Source of the DNA: Prasinococcaceae sp. CCMP 1430
Taxonomy: Eukaryota; Plantae; Prasinodermophyta
Reading direction: 5' to 3'
Length of the DNA stretch: 64,000 nucleotides
NCBI GenBank assembly: GCA_013416795.1
Contig: RQSC01000032.1
Span: 186,001 to 250,000, forward strand
In this document: piece after piece, positions 55,418 through 64,000 of the stretch
How positions within the stretch are numbered: the first letter of the stretch is position 1
Layout of the letters: each line of letters opens with the position of its first letter
Position numbers and translations under genes: made by a program
The notes under the pieces: model-generated
What the model saw: the letters and a program-made list of their open reading frames with translations, nothing else
What the model was told of the DNA's origin: nothing
Database searches by the model: none

Positions 55418-56458
55418 TTAGAAGCCCGCTTGTTGCATCTTGCCGACCAGGGCCTAGGGCGTCCGACGACACGAGCGCGTGCGCGCGCGTGTCAGCTGCT
55501 GCTGTGCAAGGGGGCACGGCGTCGACGCGCGGCTGTACTTTTGAACAGGCAGGCGCACCACGTACTTGTATCTTGGCGTCCTTAAGTCTCACGAGTTGCT
55601 CGAGTTTCCTCACTTTCGTCTCAAGGATCTCGTTGGTCTCGCGCAATTCTTGGATCGTCGCCTCTTTGTCGGCGAGCAACTCCCTGCTTACCTCGGCGGC
55701 CGCGGCGGCAGCCGCAGCGGCATTGCCGGCATGCATACCGCCGTGCGCGTGTGCGTGCGGGTCACCTACGTGCATCCTGCCATCCCCAGCTCCGCGCTGG
55801 CCGTTGTCGTGCACGCCCATGCCAGCCATGCCGGCGACGATCCCCCCCTGCTGCGCGCTGCCGAGTCTGCCGCCCGGCAGATGCCTGGCGAGCTTGTGCC
55901 TGACGAGCTTAAGCACGCGCTCGATGGCGCCAGGCTGCGCCGACGTGACCTCTTCGCAGTCGGGTTTCGACACGGTGAAGCCCAGCTTGCGGAAGACGCG
56001 CGCGTTCAGCGTGTTCCAGTTGTACATTTTCTGCGTGAGCGAGTTGGCGCTCGAGTAGTTGTGCAGCTCCACAACGCGCGGAAAGTAGTGCGCGACAATC
56101 TCGGCGACGAGGACGCCATCAGCGAAGTCGCGCGCGATGTTGCGCTTTGGCCGCGACAGCGGAATCTCGTCAACCCACTGGTACAGCTCCTGGAGCTCGT
56201 CCTCCTCGACGTTCTGGCCCGCGAGCGGCGCCGCGACGCAGCAGTCACCAGCCGGGGGTGTGCGCGTGCGGGCGGATCGGGCGGCGGAGTAAGGGTGTGA
56301 GGAGGCAAACAAACGCACGCGCGCGCACGTCAGTGGCAGGCCCGGCGAATGCCGCACCGAGTCAGTCCCCCACGTGCCACCCACTCCGCCCACACCCTCG
56401 CGCCAGCGTTGACCCCCGGCGGCGCTCGCGCCCGGCGCCGGACGCGCGCACGCACCAT
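55418..56458 (-). CDS. SPEF1: SPEF1/CLAMP (CH domain plus coiled coil); first coding exon is the ATG alone; introns 56214-56455 and 55454-55565
   Basis: M|NVEEDELQELYQWVDEIPLSRPKRNIARDFADGVLVAEIVAHYFP...HNYSSANS...KMYNWNTLN; C-terminal LEILETKVRKLEQLVRLKDAKIQ-type coil|ALVGKMQQAGF*. Confidence 0.9.
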
Positions 56459-56576
56459 GCCCGCCCGCCGAGCGCGCGCGCGAATCGCCCGGCGGCAAGC
56501 CTCGCCGAATTCGCGCATCGCCCGCGTCGCGACGCGGCGACGGGCGCGACGCGACCCAAACCACACGATGGCGAGA

Positions 56577-56587
56577 TTTAGGGTTAG
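56577..56587 (-). promoter_or_regulatory. Telo-box-like TTTAGGGTTAG in the SPEF1/SMC5 divergent promoter
   Basis: Direct sequence match. Confidence 0.45.
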
Positions 56588-57002
56588 AGTAGAGAAAGGG
56601 TGTGTAAAAATATATCACTCCGAATGCGAGTGGCGGCGCGAGGCGCCTCCGCGCGCGCGGCGGGCGCCTCTGCGCGGTTTCGGCGGGTGCGCGCGCAGAA
56701 CAGATGAAGCTCAGGGAGAGTGGAGCGGGGGGGGGGGGGGGGGGGGGGNNNNNNNNNNNNNNNNNNNNNNNNNNNNNNNNNNNNNNNNCGCGCTCGGCGC
56801 GCGCTCGGCGCCGGTCGCTCGGCGCCCGGCGGGGGACCGTCGCTCGCCCCACCCACCTACCCACCCTCTCAGTCTCTCGCCGCTCCTGGCCGGGGTGCAG
56901 CGGGAGGGCGGGGCGCCGCGAGCGAACGGTGGTCGAGCGCCCAGCGCACGCCGGGCGGCGCACTGCGGCGCCCGCGTACCGCCGCCCCCCTGGGCGCTCG
57001 CG

Positions 57003-60000
57003 ATGGGCGAGAAGCGCAAGGCCGGCGGGAGCAATGATTTCCTGCCGGGCTCGATCATTAGCGTCGAGCTGACAAACTTCATGACGTTCTCGCACGTCAA
57101 GTTCGAGCCAGGCCCGCACCTGAACCTCGTGATAGGCCCCAACGGGACGGGCAAGTCTTCGCTCGTGTGCGCGATCTGCCTGGGCCTGGCGAGCACCACC
57201 AAGGGTACGAGGCAGCGCGCGCGCCCCGCCGCCCTCGCGCCGTGCGCGGCGCCAGCTCGCCGCCGCGAGTGTCAGCGCCGTGGCGCGTGCGTGCGGCACC
57301 TGACCCGCCGCTGCTGCGACCTCCGCAGTGCTGGGCCGCGCGGACAAGATTGGCGACTTCGTCAAGCGTGACTCGTCGATCCAGTACGGCAAGGTCGAAA
57401 TCACTCTGAAGGGCCGCAGGGAGGGGGAGACACCGGTGATTACCCGCAGGATCAACAAGCGCACGAACGGCTCCGACTGGAGGATCAACGGCAAGGAGGT
57501 CAGCCAGAAGCAGGTCGAGGAGCTCGTCCACTCCCTCAACATCCAGGTCGGAAACCTGTGTCAGTTCCTGCCGCAGGACAAGGTCGTCTCCTTCTCGGCG
57601 ATGAAGCCGCATGAGCTCCTGCAGGAAACCGAGAAGGCGCTCGGCGACTCCACGCTGTACCAGCAGCACCAGGAGCTCATCGCCATGCGCAAGGACATCC
57701 GCGACGTCGAGTCCAGCGCCGAGAACCACGCCGAGAAGCTGGAGCGCCTCAAGAAGCAGAACGCCGCGCTTGAGCGCGACGTTGAGCGGAATAAGGAGCG
57801 CGACGCCATCCTGGCCGAGGTCGACCTGCTCAAGAAGAAGCTCCCGTGGCTTCGATACAACGAGCAGAAAGATGTCTACCTGGAGGCAAAGGAGAAGGTG
57901 GCCGAGGCGAAGAAAAATGTCGCCGCGCGCGCCAAAGAGGTGCAGGCGGCCGACGTGCCCGTGGCCTCCCTGACGACCAGGAGCAAGAAGGTCCAAGACT
58001 CGCAGCTCGACGCGAAGAAGAGGATCCACACGCTCACCAAGAACCGCGACCGCGTGCAGAGGGCGCTCAGTGCTAGCGAGGACAAAGTGAGCGAGGTCAC
58101 CGAAGAATTGGACGCCGTCAAGAGGGAGGCGCAGAACTTCGACAAGAGGAAGGCGGATCTCGAGAAGAAGATCGAGGCGATCGACCACGCGCTGGCGAAT
58201 GACCCGAAGCTGCAGGTCGATGCCGAGGCAACCAAGGAGGCGAGCAATGAGAAGCGGAAGAAGGCGGCGGAGGCGCGCGCCATCAACGAGCAGATTTCGG
58301 ACATCGAGCAAGACCTGAAGGATCCTCAATCCAAGATGGCGCACCTGGCGGACAAAGTCAAGCTCATCGGCAGCAAGCGTTTCAAGCGCGTCCAGGCGCT
58401 CGAGAAGATTGGCAACCCGAACGCCGGGTCCATGGCCAAGTGGGTGCAGGAGGGAAAGCGCAGCAACGCGTTCAAAGGCAGGGTGTGGGGGCCGCTCGCA
58501 GCCGAGGTGGACATCAGGCCAGGGAAGTACGCCAGGCTGTACAGCAATTACCTCGAGCAGCACGTCCCAAGACACCTGTGGGGTGCCTACGTCACCGAAG
58601 AGGAAGCAGATCGTGACCGCCTCATAGCGCAGATGAAGCAGCTGCAGCACAAGGCTACCGTCATCCGATACACTGGCGACACTGGCGCGCCCCTCGACCG
58701 CAAGGGCCCGCCCGACGCCTTCGCGGCCGACGGCGTGGCCTGCACGCTGGACCAGGTATTCGAGGCGCCCAGTATCGTCAAGCACGTCCTGCAGGACAAC
58801 GCCAATATCACCAACGCGTACTGCGCCGACGACCGCGTCAACTGGGAGCAGGTGAGCCAGGGACGGACTCCCGTCGACGGCGTCCTCGCGAAGGGCGTGC
58901 GGTGCCTATTCACCCCGCAGAGTCGAATTATCCAAAAGGGCTCAAACTACAACGCCCAGTCCATCTCCAAGGAGGTCAATCAGATTCGCCCGGCGCGCAT
59001 CTTCACTGAGGTTTCCAGTGCGGCCGAGGAGGCCGCGCTGAAGAAGGATCTGGCCCAGCTGAAAGAGGGCTGTGCCGAGCTGGAAGGGAAGTTGGCGGAG
59101 TACAAGGAACGCCGCAAGAAAGTGGAGAGAGAGGAGGCTCAGGCGCGCAAGCTGCAAGAGGCCCTTACCAAGGTCCATCGCGAGCGTTCGACGAAGGAGG
59201 CGCAGCGAAGGGCCGCCGAGAGCAAGCTGGCGCAGATGGAGCCGCTCAACATTGAGAGGGCCGAGCAGGAGGCCGACGCCAAGCTGGCCAAGTTGGCGAC
59301 CAAGCAGGCTGAGCAGGCGCTGCAGCTCGTTGGCATCGTCAAGGAGCACATGGCCGCGCTGAGTGCGTATGACGGCGCGCAGCTCGAGAAACTCGAGCTC
59401 GAAACGCACTTGGATGCCGCCAAGGAGGCCAAGAAGACGGCACAGGCCAGGATGGAGAAGGCGGAGTCGCTGCAGCTGGAGTTGAAGGCAATCCTGCAGA
59501 AGGAGAAGGCCAACCTGAAAGAGCTGCAGGAGATTGCTACCGCGGAGTGCGAGCTCACCGACGATCTGCGTGAGAAGTTCGCCAGCCTTCCAGACACGGC
59601 CGACGATTGCAAGGAGGCAATTGCCGAGGGCAAGCGCAAGGCCGACGCAGTGGTGCTGTCCAACCCAGATGCTCTCGCGGAGTACCAGAGGCGCACCAAG
59701 GAGATCAAGGTGCTTGAGCGCAAGACAAAGGACAGCCAGGCCTCGTATGAGGCTGCCAAGGCGGAGATGGACAAAATCAGGAGCGAGTGGCTGCCGATTC
59801 TGAGGGCGCTCGTTCAGCGCATCTCGGACGCGTACGCGACCAACTTCGCGCGCATCGGGTGCTGCGGCGAGGTGCGGCTCGAGGAGGCGGGCGATGACTA
59901 CGAACAGTACGCCGTGGCGATCTTCGTCAAGTTTCGCGACAATGAGAAGCTCGTGCGGCTCACCAGCCAGCGGCAGAGCGGCGGCGAGCGCAGCGTCAGC

Positions 60001-60297
60001 ACGATGTTGTACCTGCTTAGCCTGCAGTCGCTGACTGCCACGCCCTTTCGCGTGGTGGACGAAATCAACCAGGGCATGGACCCCAACAACGAGCGCAAGA
60101 TCCACCAGCTCCTGTGCCGCGCCGCCACGGCCAAGGGCACACCGCAGTGCTTTGTGCTCACGCCCAAGCTGCTGGCGGACCTCGAGTACAACGACGCCGT
60201 CACCGTGATGTGCATCTTCAATGGGCCATGGATCGCGGACATCGCCCAGGATTTCTCGAACCAGGGCTTCCGCAAGCGCATCCGAGCGGCCGCGTGA
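57003..60297 (+). CDS. SMC5: Structural maintenance of chromosomes protein 5; intron 57205-57328
   Basis: Walker A VIGPNGTGKSS, NLCQFLPQDKV, long coiled coils, signature QSGGERSVST, Walker B FRVVDEINQGMDP. Confidence 0.96.
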
Positions 60298-60347
60298 GCG
60301 CGAGCGGCGGTCCCTGCCCATGGCGCAATGCCGATTAATATTATTCG

Positions 60348-61808
60348 CTACGTGGCTACCTGGTGACGCGTGCGCGCGAGGTTATGCGTCGCGCCCACAG
60401 CGTCGCCGAGCCTAGGGGCGCCGTCCGTCGCGGACCACACCGCAGCCGCGTCGTCGGGATGCCCCGCCGGGTCGAGGGAGTCCAAATTCCAGCAACCCAC
60501 GCCGCCCAGCCGCATGAAGTCCGCGAGAGCGTACTTCTCGGCCAGAGACGAAGGGTCGTCGTACCACCACTGCGTCACCGTCGGAGCGCTCAGTTCTCCC
60601 CGCTCGCCCGCGCCCGTGCCCTGCGTTTCGAAAGCCGGCGAGCGCGAGAAGGCGTCTGTGCGTGCAGCCACGCCTGCGCGCCTCTTTACCGCGAGGATCT
60701 TCGCGTAGCCAACCTCGTTCCCCGCGGCGTCGCTGCAGCTGACGTTGCGAAAGGGGACCGATGGCAGCACGCACAGCGGTGGCGTATCCGCCGCGCCCGC
60801 CGGCGCGAGCGCCGCACACTCGTACCGGTAGCCGTACCAAGGCAAGCCGAGGACCAACTTTTCCCTGTTGGGTTCGCCGACCGCGCGCACCCACTGCTGC
60901 AGCCCCGCGCGCACGAGCTCGTACGGCGAGTTCGCGGCCGCCAGGCACCGCCCCTGCATGTTCTGCGACTGCATGTCGTACGCCATGACGAAGACCACGT
61001 CGGCAGCTTCGACGAGGCCCGCGTTGTCGTAGAAGCGAGAGTCAATCCCCGAGGGGCTCCACGCCACGTCCACTGATGTCTGTGCCGCGTGCGCGTTGCC
61101 GGACGCTGACATGAGGGCGCGCGTGCGCGCGGCAGTGTACGCGATGAGGCGCACGTACGCAGCGCGGGCAGCGTCGTCGCTAGGTTCATAGCTCAGCGGT
61201 CCCTCCCAGTCGAAGTTGACGCCGTCGAGGTGGCGTGCGTACGCATCATCCGCAATCGCCTCGGCAACGGCGCGTAAAGCGGCGGCGTCGCCCTCCCGCA
61301 GCAGCGTGATGTTTATGCCGCCGGCCCGACTTACCGCGCGCGCGCCGTGCGCGTGCGCGTAGCACGCGGCCTGTTCGTCCCCAGGCTGCACCCACGCGAG
61401 CGTCGTGAGCCGCGACCAATCGTATCGCTTGTAGCCGCTGCTCCCAGGAGCCGCAGTGCGGAAGCCAAACACCTCGCGGCGGCCCTTCGCAGCTGCGGCG
61501 GCGGGCAGCGAGCAGTGCGCCGCGTCCTCGCACGCGCACGGCACGCGCGACGGAAGCGCGGCCACTGCACCACGCCGCTCGCCCTCCTCGCGCGCCGCCC
61601 TGCCGCCCGAGCGCAGCGCACGCGCCACTGCAGCGGCGGCCGCCGCGTCCGCAACCAAGAAAAGTGCGAGCGCGGCCGCGAGCGCGGAACCCCCCCCCGG
61701 GGGGGGGGGGGGGGGGGCACGTTCTGCGCTGGTGCGCGCGCTGTGGCCACCCCCGCATCCGCGTGGCCAGCGCCACGCGTGCGCCACCCGTGCGCGCGCG
61801 CGCTGCAT
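60348..61808 (-). CDS. CTBS: Di-N-acetylchitobiase (GH18); start approximate
   Basis: YDWSRLTTLAW, catalytic DGVNFDWE, VDVAWSPSGIDSRFYD, FVMAYDMQSQ, KLVLGLPWYGYRYEC, WYDDPSSL...GVGCW; hydrophobic signal/anchor near the N-terminus. Confidence 0.85.
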   Translation of the reverse strand: MQRARARVAHAWRWPRGCGGGHSARTSAERAPPPPPPGGGSALAAALALFLVADAAAAAAVARALRSGGRAAREEGERRGAVAALPSRVPCACEDAAHCSLPAAAAAKGRREVFGFRTAAPGSSGYKRYDWSRLTTLAWVQPGDEQAACYAHAHGARAVSRAGGINITLLREGDAAALRAVAEAIADDAYARHLDGVNFDWEGPLSYEPSDDAARAAYVRLIAYTAARTRALMSASGNAHAAQTSVDVAWSPSGIDSRFYDNAGLVEAADVVFVMAYDMQSQNMQGRCLAAANSPYELVRAGLQQWVRAVGEPNREKLVLGLPWYGYRYECAALAPAGAADTPPLCVLPSVPFRNVSCSDAAGNEVGYAKILAVKRRAGVAARTDAFSRSPAFETQGTGAGERGELSAPTVTQWWYDDPSSLAEKYALADFMRLGGVGCWNLDSLDPAGHPDDAAAVWSATDGAPRLGDAVGATHNLARTRHQVAT

Positions 61809-61841
61809 TGCCAACTTCGCAGCGAGCGCGAGCACCTTTTT

Positions 61842-61866
61842 CCTAAACCCTACACTTTAAACCCTA
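61842..61866 (+). promoter_or_regulatory. Two AAACCCTA telo-boxes in the CTBS/UBL divergent promoter
   Basis: CCTAAACCCTA and TAAACCCTA. Confidence 0.55.
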
Positions 61867-62170
61867 CCAAGTTGGTATGATGATCGCGGGATGCCCGGCC
61901 GGAGCTCGGGGGTCCTCGAGACCGGCCGGTGCTGTCGACATGTCGATCCCGAATCGATTGCCGACCAGTGCATTCATCATGGTGCCATTCCAAGGAACTG
62001 TTGGGGTCGGGGCCGTTCCCCCGGGTGCGCGCGAGCGTGCGAGCGCGATTGCCCGCAGCGGGGGTGGAGGAGGGGCAGGGGCAGAGGAGGGGAGGGGTGG
62101 GGGCGGGGAGGGGGTGGGCACAGCCCGCGCCCCCCACGGGGTCGGGCGCTCGCCCTTTCTCGCGCGCGCG

Positions 62171-62724
62171 ATGAACCTCGACCTCGGAGGCGCGGGGCGC
62201 GACGGCGAGGCCGCCAAGGAGGCACGCGTGGCCGCCGAGATCGGCGGCGACGCCGCGGCCGTCGCGCTCGCGCTGCCGGGGGGCGAGCGGGTCGCGCCGG
62301 TGCATGTCCAGGTGAGACGGCAAGGGAGAGGGCGCTTGCGGGGCTGCGAATGGACGCTGAGCTCATTGCGTGCAGCGCACGAGGCCGGCTGCTGCGCTTG
62401 CTCCTGTGGCCGGGCATGAGGAGCGTGTCCGCACGCATCCGCAGCGCACGTGGCGCCTGGTGCTGACCAACTGTCGCGACTCGCACGCGACGGGCGCACT
62501 CGCGTGCCGCACGGGCCCACGCCTGTTGCGCGTCGCCTTGCACGCGCCCGCAGGTTGGGCAGACAGTCATGTACCTCAAGGCGCTCGTCGAGAAGGAGCA
62601 TGGTATCAAGATGAGCGCCCAGCAGCTCTTCTGCAACGACCGTCTGATGATCGACCCGCTCAGCTTGGTCGACTGCGGCATTGCGGGCGGCTCGAGCGTG
62701 CTGGTGGAGGTGCGCACGGCCTGA
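62171..62724 (+). CDS. Small ubiquitin-like-domain protein; intron 62312-62553
   Basis: Spliced: ...ALPGGERVAPVHVQ|VGQTVMYLKALVEKEHGIKMSAQQLFCNDRLMIDPLSLVDCGIAGGSSVLVEV, a beta-grasp pattern with no C-terminal GG. Confidence 0.75.
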
Positions 62725-62862
62725 GCAATCGCGCCATCGCGCTTGTACCCGCAGGAAAGAACGAGGACGAGAACCGAGGCCCTGGGCACCAGGATAGCGC
62801 GCAGTGGCTTGGAGGGCTCGATGGCGGGGATATTACGTTCTGTACAAAATGTCGCGCAGCCA

Positions 62863-63621
62863 CTACCGCCGCGCGGTGGAGACCTTGAACTTAATGGCCA
62901 GGTCCTGTATCTTCTGAGCCACCGTGTCCTGGTCAGCCTCGCCGACCAGTGTTTCGATTGCGCGCGCCACGAACAGGGTCTCAGAGATGCCCGCAGGTGC
63001 GTCCACCCAGACGGAGCCGTTGAGCCCGGCCGCCATGTCGTACGCGACGACCTCCGCCAGCGCAGTGAGCACCGGTGGGGGTGACTTCTTGCGGAGGAGC
63101 GCACGCGCGACCGCCGTGCTCGTGCGGAAGGCGATGCCGCCCTTCAGCGGGCCGTAGCCTCCGGCGACACCGTTTGCGTCCACGCACGACAGCTCAGGGT
63201 CCACGTCCCCGCCCGCTGCCACCACCCGCGCAAGGACCAGGTCGCCCACCTTGAGATTCGGACGGTTGCGCCGCGTGGCGTTCTCAAATGCGAGCGCCGG
63301 CAGCGTCGCACGCGCTGCCGCACCGATGTCGACAGCGAGGTTCTCTCCGAATCGCTCCGCGACGACACCCACGACCGGGTCGCCTGCGCTGGCGATGTAT
63401 CGCTTGGCGCAGCCGTCCACCCACAGCTTGCCATCCTTGGTGCGCCTCAGCGCGCCACAGCGCGTCGCCCCCAGCCGCGTCGCGCCAAGCGCGCCCACGC
63501 CGCCACCTACGCGCACCGCACCGCCACCCTCGCCGACGTCGGCGAGCGCGCGGCCGGGAGCGACGGCCACCCCCGGCCGCCTGAGCAGCTCGACGCCGCC
63601 TGCCTCGCGCTCGCGCTTCAT
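62863..63621 (-). CDS. RRP40: Exosome complex component RRP40 (EXOSC3)
   Basis: KRYIASAGDPVVGVV...LAFENATRRNRPNLKVGDLV...PELSC...AAGLNGSVWV; start next to a poly-G run and N gap. Confidence 0.92.
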   Translation of the reverse strand: MKREREAGGVELLRRPGVAVAPGRALADVGEGGGAVRVGGGVGALGATRLGATRCGALRRTKDGKLWVDGCAKRYIASAGDPVVGVVAERFGENLAVDIGAAARATLPALAFENATRRNRPNLKVGDLVLARVVAAGGDVDPELSCVDANGVAGGYGPLKGGIAFRTSTAVARALLRKKSPPPVLTALAEVVAYDMAAGLNGSVWVDAPAGISETLFVARAIETLVGEADQDTVAQKIQDLAIKFKVSTARR

Positions 63622-63817
63622 GTCGCGCCCCCCCCCCCCCCCCCNNNNNNNNNNNNNNNNNNNNNNNNNNNNNNNNNNNNNNNNNNNNNNNNNNNNNNNN
63701 NNNNNCGCGCCGCGCCCCGCCCCACCGCGCCCCTCCCCGCCCCGCCGCGCTGCCGCGGCCAGGCGAGAGCAGCCGCCGTTGCTCCTCGGCTCTGCGGCCT
63801 AGGCGCGCGCGGCAGCC

Positions 63818-64000
63818 ATGACAGACCAGATGCGTGCGATGCTGGACGAGATGATGGGAGTGAACCGCAACGGCGACAAGCCCGAGGAGGCCGCGCTCAA
63901 GCACAGCGACGCGCGGCTCTGCAGACCGTGGCTGTGCGGCATGTGCCCTCACGAGATCTTTGCCGGTACGCGCGCCGACATGGGCCCGTGCCCGAAGAAG
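63818..64000 (+). CDS. LUC7: LUC7-like U1 snRNP protein, 5' part (runs off the window)
   Basis: MTDQMRAMLDEMMGVNRNG...LCRPWLCGMCPHEIFAGTRADMGPCPK, the first zinc finger. Confidence 0.88.
   Translation, partial: MTDQMRAMLDEMMGVNRNGDKPEEAALKHSDARLCRPWLCGMCPHEIFAGTRADMGPCPKK

Overview
This is a compact, very GC-rich eukaryotic nuclear locus with about 30 genes, short GT-AG introns and several N gaps, often next to poly-C/G runs. The gene content points to an early-diverging (prasinophyte-grade) green alga: NTRC, a plastid ribose-5-phosphate isomerase, an OPR/RAP protein, PIE1, SAC9, stem-loop histone genes, TGTAA poly(A)-type signals and telo-boxes. That assignment is an inference. Genes in order: ATG1 (3' part), CRY-DASH-like photolyase, OPR-RAP protein, Asp-box beta-propeller, hypothetical membrane protein, Spt20/PHL-like, DPCD, multi-TM protein, histone H1, histone H4, acylated EF-hand-like protein, DedA, UVSSA, SMIM4-like, MRPL22, RPI, calcineurin-B-like, RlmH, NTRC, COX14-like, MINDY3-like, DOT1-like methyltransferase, MRPL47, Ni-SOD, SAC9, PIE1/SWR1, SPEF1, SMC5, chitobiase, small UBL, RRP40 and LUC7 (5' part). 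Five things stand out. (1) A ~540-bp alphaproteobacterial coaD-PPIase fragment sits where the NTRC transit peptide should be. (2) An intron-containing nickel SOD appears to have its Ni-hook unmasked by transit-peptide cleavage. (3) H1 and H4 share an identical 29-nt non-canonical histone 3' stem-loop. (4) A bacterial-type Asp-box propeller gene carries spliceosomal introns. (5) PIE1 has a recent in-frame duplication of an acidic motif. All family assignments come from motif recognition by eye; no database searches were run.
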